DNA of 64,000 nucleotides from an uncultured Gammaproteobacteria bacterium (GCA_964435035.1 CAYSXR010000002.1:12252-76251), one strand, 5' to 3'; counted from the stretch's first letter, positions 29,143-39,104 are shown. Made by a program: numbers and translations. Notes: generated from the letters alone by a model not told the origin.

Positions 29143-29154
29143 TTTATACTGTTA

Positions 29155-29183
29155 TTGACATAAATCCTTTTTTATGGTAATTT
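29155..29183 (+). promoter_or_regulatory. Sigma70-like promoter TTGACA-17-TAATTT for the island C Nudix gene
   Basis: Hexamers with a 17-bp spacer located 75 nt upstream of the ATG at 29258. Confidence 0.45.
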
Positions 29184-29257
29184 GTATTGTTTTCTTGGAA
29201 TATCCGAGATACAAGGTAACCTTTACATTGTTCCACCTGGCATTCGCCAAAGAGGAC

Positions 29258-29962
29258 ATGGCTGATAGTGATATCAGAGGTGTTTCTATGGGTTTCGAAA
29301 TGACGCCTATTCCGCCCGAGAAGGCGCGTGGGTGGAAGCTCGAGATCGATGGTGTCGAAGCTACGGCTTCGCTCATCGAGCTCGAGAGCAAGTTCGGAAA
29401 GCTGGTCTACGGTCTTCGCCCCGAAGGCTATGACAGCTGGGTGTTCTACGAGACCGGCGGGGGCGGGTCAGTGACCCTGCCCTTCAGCTGCAACGCCAAG
29501 ACGGGAGAGCTCCTCGTGGGTCTTCTTCCGGAAGTCCGCCCCAACATGGGCCCAGGTCTTCATCTGTGCATCGTTGGCGGCTTCAAGGAGCCGAACGAGA
29601 GCCATGTGGAGGCACAGGCTCGTGAAGCGGATGAGGAGGTTGGCATGGGCCATCTCGAGGCTATTGAGCTCGAGGGTTTGCCCTATAACTCCAACAGAAT
29701 GCTGTTCGTGGCCGATGCCTCTCAGGGTGAGGGAGTCCGCGCCTGGGGAATTCACATCCCATTCGCGTGTCTCGTGCCGAACGACGATGGTGGCTACCAT
29801 CTGACCAACCTCCAGCAGGCGGATGCTGATCGTCTCGGCAAGGCGAAGAACGTCGTCTTCTTCCCGTGGCATATCGCCACGAAGAAGACCTCTGACGCAC
29901 TCGCGCACGCTGCGATCCTGCAGCTACTCGCGATGCAGTGGGAGAACGGTCACATCCCCTGA
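29258..29962 (+). CDS. Nudix hydrolase encoded in high-GC island C
   Basis: Canonical Nudix box GGFKEPNESHVEAQAREADEEVGM. RBS AAAGAGGA. About 58% GC, against a low-GC genome. Confidence 0.65.
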   Translation: MADSDIRGVSMGFEMTPIPPEKARGWKLEIDGVEATASLIELESKFGKLVYGLRPEGYDSWVFYETGGGGSVTLPFSCNAKTGELLVGLLPEVRPNMGPGLHLCIVGGFKEPNESHVEAQAREADEEVGMGHLEAIELEGLPYNSNRMLFVADASQGEGVRAWGIHIPFACLVPNDDGGYHLTNLQQADADRLGKAKNVVFFPWHIATKKTSDALAHAAILQLLAMQWENGHIP

Positions 29963-30010
29963 CCTGTTCCTCCACCCGTCCCACTTGGATTTATTCAAGT
30001 GGGACATCTT

Positions 30011-30042
30011 CAAAAAAGCCTTTATTTTAAAGGCTTTTTTGT
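30011..30042 (+). terminator. Terminator after the island C gene; right copy of the 35-bp direct repeat
   Basis: AAAAAAGCCTTTATTTTAAAGGCTTTTTTGTTTT. Confidence 0.7.
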
Positions 30043-30108
30043 TTTACAAAACACTAGATTCTTGCTAAGCTTGAATATATCTCTATATTTAGTTTTATAG
30101 CCTATTTT

Positions 30109-31176
30109 ATGCTTGATTCACTTATTGCTATCAAAAAAATCGATACTGAAAATATGCTCGGTAGTCTCCAGATGCTTCACAAACAAGTGGATGAGATTGC
30201 TCTGATTGCAGAAGATTTAATGATACCTTCGGCTTACAAAAAGTTTGATCGAATTGTAGTTTTTGGTATGGGTGGATCGGCATTGGGAAGTCAGGTGATC
30301 CAATCGGTCTATCGAAAGGAGCTCAAATATCCGCTTGAAATTATTAATGGATATGAAATGCCAGGGTACGTAAATTCCAAAACGTTGGTAATTTTATCGA
30401 GTTATTCAGGAACTACTGAAGAGGTTTTGTTTGTAGCTGAATTGGCACGAGTACGAAAAGCGAAAATCGCTGTAATTTCTGCCGGTGGGGAACTTGCTCA
30501 GTTTGCAAAGAAAAATAAATATCCAGCACTGATTTTTTCAACAGAAAATAATCCTTGTGGCTCTCCAAGAATGGGGCTCGGGTATTCGATCATTGGGCAA
30601 CTAATTCTTTTTTCAAAGCTTGGAGTTTTGAAAATTTCAAAAAAACAAATTCAAGAAGTTGTCAAAACTATTGCAGTATATGATACTTCGTATGGTGTGC
30701 TTACACCTGAAAAAGAAAATCCTGCAAAACAGCTTGCTCGAAAAACTATTGATCGAAGTGTGTGGTTTGTGGGCAGCGAACATTTGCTTGGGAGTGCACA
30801 TATTGCGGCAAATCAGATGAATGAGAACGCAAAGCGTATGAGTGGATATTTCTCAGTGCCTGAGCTCAACCATCATTTGATGGAAGGGATGATGTATCCA
30901 AAAGGAAATAAAAGTAGTTTATTGTTTGTTCTTCTTGAGTCATCGCTTTATTTTGAACGAGTACAAAAACGGTATAGTGTGACGAAAAAAGTTCTTGAAA
31001 AGAATGGTATTGTGCATGCATCTTACGTTAGTAAAGAAAGTGATTCACTGTTGCAAATGTGTGAATGTCTCGTATTTTTTAGTTATGTAAGCTACTATTC
31101 TGGATTGTTGAAAAAAATTGATCCGACAGCAATTCCATTTGTGGATTATTTTAAGAAAGAAATGGGAAAGAGTTGA
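30109..31176 (+). CDS. SIS-domain bifunctional phosphoglucose/phosphomannose isomerase-like protein
   Basis: VVFGMGGSALGSQV SIS motif and a second SIS half. Confidence 0.65.
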   Translation: MLDSLIAIKKIDTENMLGSLQMLHKQVDEIALIAEDLMIPSAYKKFDRIVVFGMGGSALGSQVIQSVYRKELKYPLEIINGYEMPGYVNSKTLVILSSYSGTTEEVLFVAELARVRKAKIAVISAGGELAQFAKKNKYPALIFSTENNPCGSPRMGLGYSIIGQLILFSKLGVLKISKKQIQEVVKTIAVYDTSYGVLTPEKENPAKQLARKTIDRSVWFVGSEHLLGSAHIAANQMNENAKRMSGYFSVPELNHHLMEGMMYPKGNKSSLLFVLLESSLYFERVQKRYSVTKKVLEKNGIVHASYVSKESDSLLQMCECLVFFSYVSYYSGLLKKIDPTAIPFVDYFKKEMGKS

Positions 31177-31262
31177 TAAGTGATAATCATGTAGGTAGAT
31201 TAGTAGACTCACAAAATGCTTACTCTGCTTATAGCTTATCTTGCTTACTCTGCTTATAGCTT

Positions 31263-32060
31263 ATGACTTTATCAGTAATTACTGTAACATGGAATAGTAA
31301 AGATTTTATTTTGAAACAAATAGAGTCGGTTCGAAATGCAGTAAAAAATATCGAGATTGAGCAGATTGTTGTTGATAATGGGTCAATTGATGGCACTGTT
31401 CAGGTGATACAAGAAAAATTTTCTGATGTTCGGGTAATTGTAAATAAAGAGAATAAAGGTTTTGGAGCAGCAAATAATCAGGGTGTTCTTATTTCAAAAG
31501 GGGAGTATGTATTATTCCTTAACCCTGATATGGTGCTCCATCCAGGTTCGCTCGATTTGTTTGTCGATTGGATGAATAAAAATAATCGGGCGGGTATTGC
31601 AAGCCCTCGATTACTCGACAAGCAGGGAAATTTTAATCGGGATACGGCACCGCGTCGATTTCCGCGCGTATGGGAACAACTTGCGATTGTTTTGAAATTA
31701 CCGCATCTGTTTCCTGGATTGCTTGGTGCATACCGAATGGAGGGTTTTGATAGCACTAGAGAACAAGAAGTGGACTCAGTGCAGGGCTCCTGTATGTTGG
31801 TGAGGAGGGAATTGATTGAGAAATTAGGATATGCGTTTGATCCTCGATATTTTATCTGGTTTGAAGATGTAGATCTTTGTAGGGAAGCGTATAGGCTCGG
31901 ATTTACGGTCGTGTATACTCCCGTTATAAGTGCGATTGATTACAGTGGGCAGAGTTTCAAAAAACGTACTACCTGGTGGAAACAAAAACAATTTATCACC
32001 TCAATGATTGTATATTTTAGAAAATGGGGGTTTGGTAGAGTCGAAAGTCGAAAGTCATAA
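31263..32060 (+). CDS. Glycosyltransferase family 2
   Basis: GT-A fold: VVDNGSIDGT and DxD region (LNPDMV). The C-terminus runs into an AAAGTC hexamer repeat. Confidence 0.8.
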   Translation: MTLSVITVTWNSKDFILKQIESVRNAVKNIEIEQIVVDNGSIDGTVQVIQEKFSDVRVIVNKENKGFGAANNQGVLISKGEYVLFLNPDMVLHPGSLDLFVDWMNKNNRAGIASPRLLDKQGNFNRDTAPRRFPRVWEQLAIVLKLPHLFPGLLGAYRMEGFDSTREQEVDSVQGSCMLVRRELIEKLGYAFDPRYFIWFEDVDLCREAYRLGFTVVYTPVISAIDYSGQSFKKRTTWWKQKQFITSMIVYFRKWGFGRVESRKS

Positions 32061-32075
32061 AGTCGAAAGTAAATT
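32036..32075. repeat. AAAGTC(G) hexanucleotide tandem repeat
   Basis: AGTCGAAAGTCGAAAGTCATAAAGTCGAAAGTAAA, overlapping the stop of the GT2 gene that ends at 32060. Confidence 0.7.
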
Positions 32076-32087
32076 CAACATACTTTT

Positions 32088-33167
32088 ATGCAGAAGTTGC
32101 TTATACAATTGGTGACGTGGAATGGAAAAAAGTATATCCCATATCTTTTTGATTCTTTGCGGAAACAAAGTTTTACAGATTTCCATCTATTTATTCTTGA
32201 TAATGGTTCTACTGATGGGACACAAGAGTTAATTGAAAAAGAATTGCAGAATTTTCAGTTTGAATATACATTTGAAAAAAATGGAAAAAATGTTGGTTTT
32301 GCAGGAGGTCATAATCAAATTTATAAACTCAAAAGTCAAAACTCAAAAGTCAAAAGTTTTGATTATATACTTTTGTTGAATCAAGATGTGTATCTTACGT
32401 CAGATTGTATTGAGAGAATGGTTAATTTTTTGAAGAAAAATCCAGACGCTGCGGCAGTAAGCCCCAGACTTATGCGATGGAATTTTGCGGAAGCATCTGA
32501 AGGTATAGAAAAGAGTTTTAGTTTTTTTGTTGATTCACTTGGACTGCGAGTATTTCGAAATCGTCGGGTAATTGAGAAATATGCTGGACAAGTTTGGGAA
32601 GAAAAGAAATCACGGATGGAGTTATCGTTTCGAACCCATGATGATGCGATGGAAGTTTTTGGAGTGTCCGGAGCACTGCCCATGTTTCGGTGGAGTTGTC
32701 TTGAAGTGGTAAGTTTTGATGATCATACTTTTTTTGATACTAGTTATCACTCATACAAAGAGGATGTGGATCTTGCATATCGGCTTCGAATCGCGGGGCT
32801 CCGTTCGTATATACTTCTTGATTCAGTTGCATACCATGATCGAAGTGCGTTCGGCGTTGATCGGGTGGGAGATCGTATTTCTATACAAAATAAGAAAGTA
32901 CAACCTGAATGGATAAAATACCATAGCTATAAAAATCATCTGATGACGTTCTATAAGAATGAGTACTGGCAGAACACCATCCTTGATTTTCCGTGGATTT
33001 TGTGGTATGAGTTAAAGAAGTTTATATATTTTTTCCTATTTGATCGTTCGATTTTGAGGGGGTTAGGTGAAGTGTGGAAGGGGCGCACTGAGCTCCGCAA
33101 GAAAAGGCTTATGGTCAAAAAAATAAGGAAAGCTTCGTGGCAAGATCTGCGTGAGTGGTGGAAATAA
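32088..33167 (+). CDS. Glycosyltransferase family 2
   Basis: ILDNGSTDGT and LLLNQDV motifs. Contains an in-frame AAAGTC/AAAACTC hexamer repeat at 32325-32362. Confidence 0.75.
   Translation: MQKLLIQLVTWNGKKYIPYLFDSLRKQSFTDFHLFILDNGSTDGTQELIEKELQNFQFEYTFEKNGKNVGFAGGHNQIYKLKSQNSKVKSFDYILLLNQDVYLTSDCIERMVNFLKKNPDAAAVSPRLMRWNFAEASEGIEKSFSFFVDSLGLRVFRNRRVIEKYAGQVWEEKKSRMELSFRTHDDAMEVFGVSGALPMFRWSCLEVVSFDDHTFFDTSYHSYKEDVDLAYRLRIAGLRSYILLDSVAYHDRSAFGVDRVGDRISIQNKKVQPEWIKYHSYKNHLMTFYKNEYWQNTILDFPWILWYELKKFIYFFLFDRSILRGLGEVWKGRTELRKKRLMVKKIRKASWQDLREWWK
32325..32362. repeat. AAAAGTC/AAAACTC hexanucleotide repeat inside a GT2 coding region (in frame)
   Basis: CTCAAAAGTCAAAACTCAAAAGTCAAAAGTTTT encodes KLKSQNSKVKSF. 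Confidence 0.7.
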
Positions 33168-33170
33168 AAT

Positions 33171-34004
33171 ATGAAAGATATTGCAATTATTGTGGTGAAT
33201 TACAAGATGAGAAAACATATTGAAAAATGTTTCTCTTCTTTATTTCCTGAAATTGCTACTTCTAATCTTCAGGTCGAGGTTGTTGTTATTGATAATGCTT
33301 CAAGTGATGGTATTGAGTTTTTTTTGAAAGAAAAATATCCGAGCGTACATTTTGTCGGACTTCAAGAAAATCAAGGTTTTGGTCGGGCGCAAAATATAGG
33401 TATGAAAAGTGTTGAGGCAAAATATTATTTTGTACTCAATCCTGACACGTTTTTTAGGTCCGGAGGACAGGCGCTTCAAAAATTGTTTCGTTTTATGGAG
33501 GCACATCTACATGTTGGAATGGTGGGTCCTAAATTACTTAATGAGGATGGAACACTCCAGTCTTCATGTTGGAGATTTCCAACTTTTTTTCAGCCAGTGT
33601 TTAGTCGTACTGTGTTGGGACATAGAGGGAGAGGAAAGAAAATCTCAGATCATTACTTCATGAAAGATTTTGACCATAATTCTACTCGTCCTGTTGATGT
33701 AGTCATGGGTTCTGCTATGTTTGTGCGTGCAGAAGCAATACAACAGGTGGGTGGATTTGATGAAAAATTTAAAATGTATTTTGAGGATACTGATTGGTGT
33801 CTCCGAATGTGGGAAAAAAAGTGGGCAGTCTATTATGTACATGATATTATACTGACACATACTCACCGACGCGGGTCTGCGGAGATTCCAGGAATTATTA
33901 AAGGTTTTTTTAAGAATAAATTAGCGCGTATTCATTTTGTTAGTTGGCTTACGTATATGTGGAAATGGCAACGTGTATATAAGTATTATGTTGAAAAACA
34001 TTAA
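33171..34004 (+). CDS. Glycosyltransferase family 2
   Basis: VIDNASSDG, NPDTFF and FEDTDWC motifs. Confidence 0.8.
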   Translation: MKDIAIIVVNYKMRKHIEKCFSSLFPEIATSNLQVEVVVIDNASSDGIEFFLKEKYPSVHFVGLQENQGFGRAQNIGMKSVEAKYYFVLNPDTFFRSGGQALQKLFRFMEAHLHVGMVGPKLLNEDGTLQSSCWRFPTFFQPVFSRTVLGHRGRGKKISDHYFMKDFDHNSTRPVDVVMGSAMFVRAEAIQQVGGFDEKFKMYFEDTDWCLRMWEKKWAVYYVHDIILTHTHRRGSAEIPGIIKGFFKNKLARIHFVSWLTYMWKWQRVYKYYVEKH

Positions 34005-34006
34005 GT

Positions 34007-35113
34007 ATGTCTGGTAATCAACCAAAAATTGGCATTGTTTATTTACTCTACTATCATAATGAGTCATACATCGATGATGTAGTTTCTGCTTTGAAAAAAG
34101 TAACTTATCCGAAGGATAGGTTGGAACTTATTATTGTAGCAAATGAGCATCCGAACGACGGGTCATTTATGCATTATATAGACTCTACGGTAGTTCCACT
34201 TTCTGGAGTAGATTTTCCGCATGTAACTGTCTTGCCTCAGAAGACAAATTTGGGATTTGCTGGTGGAAATAATATTGGCGCAAAGTGGGCAGTGGATCAT
34301 GGTTGTAAGTATGTTTTTTTTCATAATAACGATGGATTTGTTGCGACTAATGCGTTTGAGCCTTTGGTGGATACTCTTGAAACAGATAAAACTATTGGAC
34401 TTGCTCAGTCGCTTGTGATGCTTCATCCAGAAACTAATCTACTTAATAGTGCGGGGAATTCTTTTCACTATTTGGGTTTTGGATACTGCGATCAATACCG
34501 TCTCGATATTAAAAACTTGTCTTTTCCTCCGATTACAGATGTTGATTATACGAGTGGTGCAGCACTGTTTGTACGTAGTGATTTGATTGAGAAATATGGT
34601 GCGTGGGATAGTGACTTTTTTATGTATCATGAAGATTTGGAATGGTCATTTCGTCTGCGAACATTAGGATACCGTTCGGTGCTGGTACGGGATTCATTGT
34701 TTTATCATAAATATCAATTTGGACGGAGTATCGAAAAATTATTTTTTATGGAGCGGAATCGAGTTGCTATCATGATTATGTTTTTCAAATTTCCTACCTT
34801 GCTACTACTTCTTCCGATGAGCTTGATTCTTGAGATCGGACTTTGGACTTTTGCAATCAAAGCAAAGAATGGTCGTAAGCGTCTGGAAATGTATCGATAT
34901 TGGATCAAGAAAAAAAACTGGGATATATGGCTCGCAAAACGCAGAAAAATTCAGAAAGAGCGTGTGGTTGGTGACCGTGAATTATTGAAACATTCTGTCC
35001 CTGGTATTTATTTTCAAGACTCACAAATGGATAACCCGCTTCTCGTGTATGTGGGCAATCCTATTATGAAATTGTATTGGTGGGTTGTGGTAAAAGGTCT
35101 GATCTGGTGGTAG
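34007..35113 (+). CDS. Glycosyltransferase family 2 with C-terminal TM segment
   Basis: GFAGGNNIG and HNNDGFV motifs. C-terminal hydrophobic helices. Confidence 0.75.
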   Translation: MSGNQPKIGIVYLLYYHNESYIDDVVSALKKVTYPKDRLELIIVANEHPNDGSFMHYIDSTVVPLSGVDFPHVTVLPQKTNLGFAGGNNIGAKWAVDHGCKYVFFHNNDGFVATNAFEPLVDTLETDKTIGLAQSLVMLHPETNLLNSAGNSFHYLGFGYCDQYRLDIKNLSFPPITDVDYTSGAALFVRSDLIEKYGAWDSDFFMYHEDLEWSFRLRTLGYRSVLVRDSLFYHKYQFGRSIEKLFFMERNRVAIMIMFFKFPTLLLLLPMSLILEIGLWTFAIKAKNGRKRLEMYRYWIKKKNWDIWLAKRRKIQKERVVGDRELLKHSVPGIYFQDSQMDNPLLVYVGNPIMKLYWWVVVKGLIWW

Positions 35114-35170
35114 CCTTGAAAAAGTTTTATCCTTATGATAAGATTCTGTGTCTTCCGAAATATATAGCGT

Positions 35171-36256
35171 ATGCGTATAAGAAAAGCGATTTTGACTGGT
35201 GGAGGTCGTGCAACACGGCTGCAGCCAATTACTACAACCATTAATAAACACTTACTTCCGCTTGCAAATAAGCCGATGATTTTTCATGCAATTGAAAAAG
35301 CTGTTCAGGCTGGGGTGACGGAGATTTTTATTAATACGAATCCCGGAGAAACTCAGCTGCAGGCTATGATTGGAGATGGGGGCCACTGGGGAGTCACTAT
35401 TAAGTTTTTTGAGCAGACTGGAGGACCTCAGGGAATTGCTCATGTAGTGAATGAAGCAAGAGCTTTTATTGGTGACGAACCGTTTATGTTCTATCTCTCT
35501 GATAATGTGTTACTTGGTGATCTAAACGGGATGTTTGATGAATTTAGTGCAGGGACCTATGATTGTATGCTCGCATTGTCAGAAGTACATGACCCTGAAC
35601 GTTTTGGTGTGCCTGTATTTAATGATAAGAAAGAATTGATTGATGTGATTGAAAAGCCTGCACGAGCACCAAATAATTTTGCAGTTACGGGGATTTATTT
35701 GTATGGACCACGTGTTTTTTTTGATGCTTTTAAAAATATTGAAAAAAGTGAGCGTGGAGAATATGAGATTTCAACTATTCATTCGCTATTCCTGAAGCAG
35801 GGAAAGAAGGTAGGGTATAAGGAAATTACTGGTTGGTGGAAAGATACTGGGAAGATGGATGATTTACTTGTTGCAAATAGACTATTACTCGATCAAACTC
35901 CGCGAGATTATTTTACCTACGCCACGGAAATGGTAAAAAATGCGAAAATTAGTGGACTTGTGCATATTGGAAATGGATCGCAAATTGGCGAAGAGGTGAC
36001 TGTAAATGGACCTGTAATTATTGGGGAAAATGTAGTTTTGGAGAATTGTACTATTGGTCCTTACGTTACTGTTAGTTCAGGTAGTGAAATTAGGGGGGCT
36101 CGAATTGATGATTCAATTATCCTTGATAATGCAAGTATTACTATTGATATGCATATTACGCATAGTATTATTGGTAAACAAGTGAAATTGGTCAAAAAAA
36201 ATACCGAGGGTGGTCGGTCAATGATTATTGGAGATAAGACTAGTGTAGAGTTGTAA
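35171..36256 (+). CDS. rfbA: Glucose-1-phosphate thymidylyltransferase, long form with C-terminal left-handed beta-helix
   Basis: AILTGGGRATRLQPIT nucleotidyltransferase motif. C-terminal hexapeptide repeats. Confidence 0.8.
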   Translation: MRIRKAILTGGGRATRLQPITTTINKHLLPLANKPMIFHAIEKAVQAGVTEIFINTNPGETQLQAMIGDGGHWGVTIKFFEQTGGPQGIAHVVNEARAFIGDEPFMFYLSDNVLLGDLNGMFDEFSAGTYDCMLALSEVHDPERFGVPVFNDKKELIDVIEKPARAPNNFAVTGIYLYGPRVFFDAFKNIEKSERGEYEISTIHSLFLKQGKKVGYKEITGWWKDTGKMDDLLVANRLLLDQTPRDYFTYATEMVKNAKISGLVHIGNGSQIGEEVTVNGPVIIGENVVLENCTIGPYVTVSSGSEIRGARIDDSIILDNASITIDMHITHSIIGKQVKLVKKNTEGGRSMIIGDKTSVEL

Positions 36257-36305
36257 TTTTTTCTCTCGTGAAACTAAAATATTGGAATGAGATTCCAATA
36301 TTTTT

Positions 36306-37637
36306 TTAATACTCTAAAGAATGTATTCCTATTCTTCCTGCGAAAGTACCAAAGAAGTAGAGAGTGCGTCTCGTTGTGTTTATAGAAACAAGGGTATATG
36401 AATCTGTTGATACGAGTGTATGTCGAACATAATATCCTGGATTGAATGCTGATAATTCTTTTTCGGTGGCAAGTAAGAGGACTCCATTTTGATCGAGAAG
36501 GGAAACGTTTTTAATTCTATCACCACTTCGATTGAGCAAGCTTATTCCACCGTCGGCATACACACTTGAGAGTTCCCATGGAGACCATATGAGCCATTCC
36601 TCGGTTCTGCGATTATAGTGCGTGTCGATTCCATTGATTGTCTGAATTGATTCGATTCCATTATTTACTAATTTTGCAACAATGGTTTTGTCTTTGTGTG
36701 TTACGATAATTTTCGAATTGTCCGCATGAATAATTGAATCTATTTCGTCGCCCAAGCTGTACAGTGTTTGTGTATGAGGGTTTTTGATTGTATTTCCATA
36801 TGCCTCCCATATTCCACCCTCTTTATCTCGATACCAGATACTACTAGATACTATGCCAGCAATTCGATCTGATCGCGTTAGTGAGTGTATGAGTATATTT
36901 TTATCTTGGTAGATATACAGAGGTTCTGTAGGATTGATTGAATTCCATGTGAGGACTGCATCATTTTTGATGGGAGTAATATTAGTGGTTTCTGGATTGG
37001 TGAGTGAGATTAGATATAGGGTATCTTCATTTACTCCACGTATTCGGCTATAGGCGAGTGAGGCGTAGGGGGAAACTTCAACTATTGGTTCAACTGCATT
37101 AAGTGTACGATATACGAGTGTGTCATTGTCTGTTGTGACATTGATTACGTGTAATTCGTAGAGCTCATTTACTTTTTTTAAAACCAACAGTGTGTCATTG
37201 TATCCTTTTACACTCAATACTGTTTCGTCTGTCTCAAATAGGCGTACCGGTAGCGCATCTTTGATGAGTGTCACCCCTTTAATATATGTGGTGTTATTAC
37301 TTTCGATTGCTATGTCTCGTTCCCAGGTTTTGTAGCCAGGGCGTTCTATTTTTAATGCGTAGGTCCCTGGTGCGCGATTGGTAAGTTTAATCGGAATATC
37401 TCGTTCAATCTGAATTCCATTAAGACTCACGACAGAATTTCGGGGCTCCACGTCAACGCTTAATACTCCTGTCTGTTTGATTTGTTTTTTTACAAAATCA
37501 TACCGGTACCCTGCAGTGTATAGGATTACTGATGGTGTGATAATCAGAAAAGCCATCCATAAACCAAACATAAAAACTCTTCGTACGGGTCGGGTGAAAA
37601 TATGGCCTATTTTATGGGTTTTTGGGTGTTTATTCAC
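36306..37637 (-). CDS. Membrane-anchored PEGA-domain protein with beta-propeller-like C-terminus
   Basis: N-terminal TM. PEGA-like segment (VDVEPRNSVVSLNGIQIERDIPIKLTNRAPGTYALKIERPGYKTWERDI). Confidence 0.55.
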   Translation of the reverse strand: MNKHPKTHKIGHIFTRPVRRVFMFGLWMAFLIITPSVILYTAGYRYDFVKKQIKQTGVLSVDVEPRNSVVSLNGIQIERDIPIKLTNRAPGTYALKIERPGYKTWERDIAIESNNTTYIKGVTLIKDALPVRLFETDETVLSVKGYNDTLLVLKKVNELYELHVINVTTDNDTLVYRTLNAVEPIVEVSPYASLAYSRIRGVNEDTLYLISLTNPETTNITPIKNDAVLTWNSINPTEPLYIYQDKNILIHSLTRSDRIAGIVSSSIWYRDKEGGIWEAYGNTIKNPHTQTLYSLGDEIDSIIHADNSKIIVTHKDKTIVAKLVNNGIESIQTINGIDTHYNRRTEEWLIWSPWELSSVYADGGISLLNRSGDRIKNVSLLDQNGVLLLATEKELSAFNPGYYVRHTLVSTDSYTLVSINTTRRTLYFFGTFAGRIGIHSLEY

Positions 37638-37703
37638 AAATTGCTTAAATTGTTATTATTTGGTATCATTATAAGCGAAAATTGCTTTAAATTCAATTGT
37701 AGT

Positions 37704-39008
37704 ATGGCAACGTACGTAATCAATGGTGGTAAGAAGCTGCATGGTTCTATTGCAGTTCGAAACGCAAAAAATTCAGCGCTTGGACTTTTATCAGCAGCTG
37801 TTATGGTGGCTGGTAGGGTGACTCTCAAAGACATGCCTCGAATTGAAGAGGTATATCGTTTTATTGAGATGTTGCAGAGTATTAATGTTTTGTGTGAATG
37901 GAAAGATGAACACACTCTTGTTATTGATAGTTCGGAAAAATTACATTTGGAAACAATTGATAGACAATCGTCTTCGAAAATTCGTTCATCATTATTATTA
38001 CTCGGTTCACTTGCTTCACGAGTACTCTCATACCGGTTATATCGTTCCGGTGGGTGCAAGCTTGGGGAACGCACGGTACGACCTCATCTCTACGCACTTG
38101 AAAAATTTGGTATACATATTACAACAACCGAAGATCATTACGAAGTGGTTACAAGTAAGAAATTACAGGCTGCATATGTAGTAATGTATGAAGCGGGGGA
38201 TACACCTACTGAAAATGCAATTATGGCCGCGGCATGTGCTGAAGGTACTACCATTATTAAATTTGCTTCAGCAAATTATATGGTGCAGGATCTGTGTTAT
38301 TTTTTGGTGAAAGCTGGTGTGAAGATTTCTGGAATTGGTACACAGACACTTACGATACAGGGAACTAAAAAATTCAAATCAAACATTGAATATTCAGTGA
38401 TGCCTGATCCGATTGAAGCAATGGCTTTTATTGCTGCAGCAATAACGACGCAGTCTCGTCTGGTAATTGAAAATTGTCCGATAGATTTTCTTGAACTTGA
38501 GCTTGAAAAATTAAGAGTAATGGGGCAACAGTTTACCTTACATAAAGAGAGAAAATCTAAGAATGGAAAATTTGCTATCGTGGATATTGAAATTACTCCT
38601 TCGAAATTAGTAGCTCTTCCAGATAAAATTCATGGCATGCCATTCCCTGGAATTAATATTGACAATGTTCCATTTTTTGTACCGATTGCGACGACTGCAA
38701 AAGGAAGAACACTCATCCATGATTGGGTATTTGAAAATCGTACTTTTTATTATCTTGAATTTCAAAAATTAGGAGCTAAAATTACACTTCTTGATCCTCA
38801 TCGCGTGTTTGTGGAAGGTGTAACTCCACTCATAGGGCGAGAAATTATTGCACCAGATGGGATTCGTCCTGCAATGGCACTTTTAGTAGGAATGCTTGCG
38901 GCAAAAGGAATTTCAAAATTGCGTGATATTTATGTGATTGAACGTGGTTATGAAGATCTTGAAACAAGACTTCGGAGTATCGGGGTAGATATTACGAGAA
39001 CTGAATAG
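37704..39008 (+). CDS. murA: UDP-N-acetylglucosamine 1-carboxyvinyltransferase
   Basis: EPT fold. Start taken at MATYVINGGKKLHGSIAVRNAKNSALGLLSAA. Catalytic Cys region GGCKLG. Confidence 0.9.
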   Translation: MATYVINGGKKLHGSIAVRNAKNSALGLLSAAVMVAGRVTLKDMPRIEEVYRFIEMLQSINVLCEWKDEHTLVIDSSEKLHLETIDRQSSSKIRSSLLLLGSLASRVLSYRLYRSGGCKLGERTVRPHLYALEKFGIHITTTEDHYEVVTSKKLQAAYVVMYEAGDTPTENAIMAAACAEGTTIIKFASANYMVQDLCYFLVKAGVKISGIGTQTLTIQGTKKFKSNIEYSVMPDPIEAMAFIAAAITTQSRLVIENCPIDFLELELEKLRVMGQQFTLHKERKSKNGKFAIVDIEITPSKLVALPDKIHGMPFPGINIDNVPFFVPIATTAKGRTLIHDWVFENRTFYYLEFQKLGAKITLLDPHRVFVEGVTPLIGREIIAPDGIRPAMALLVGMLAAKGISKLRDIYVIERGYEDLETRLRSIGVDITRTE

Positions 39009-39104
39009 TGAAATTATTCTAATTAACCTAATTTCTAAAAATGAATTTGAAATTTATTTAGAGTACTTAGGTTAATTAGAATAATTAACAACATAACTTT
39101 TGTT

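Noticed and set aside
29468-29984. Antisense ORFs (29468..29908 and 29661..29984) and the plus-strand 29574..29804 ORF inside the island C Nudix gene
   Set aside because: These are shadow ORFs. The sense frame carries a perfect Nudix box and an RBS.
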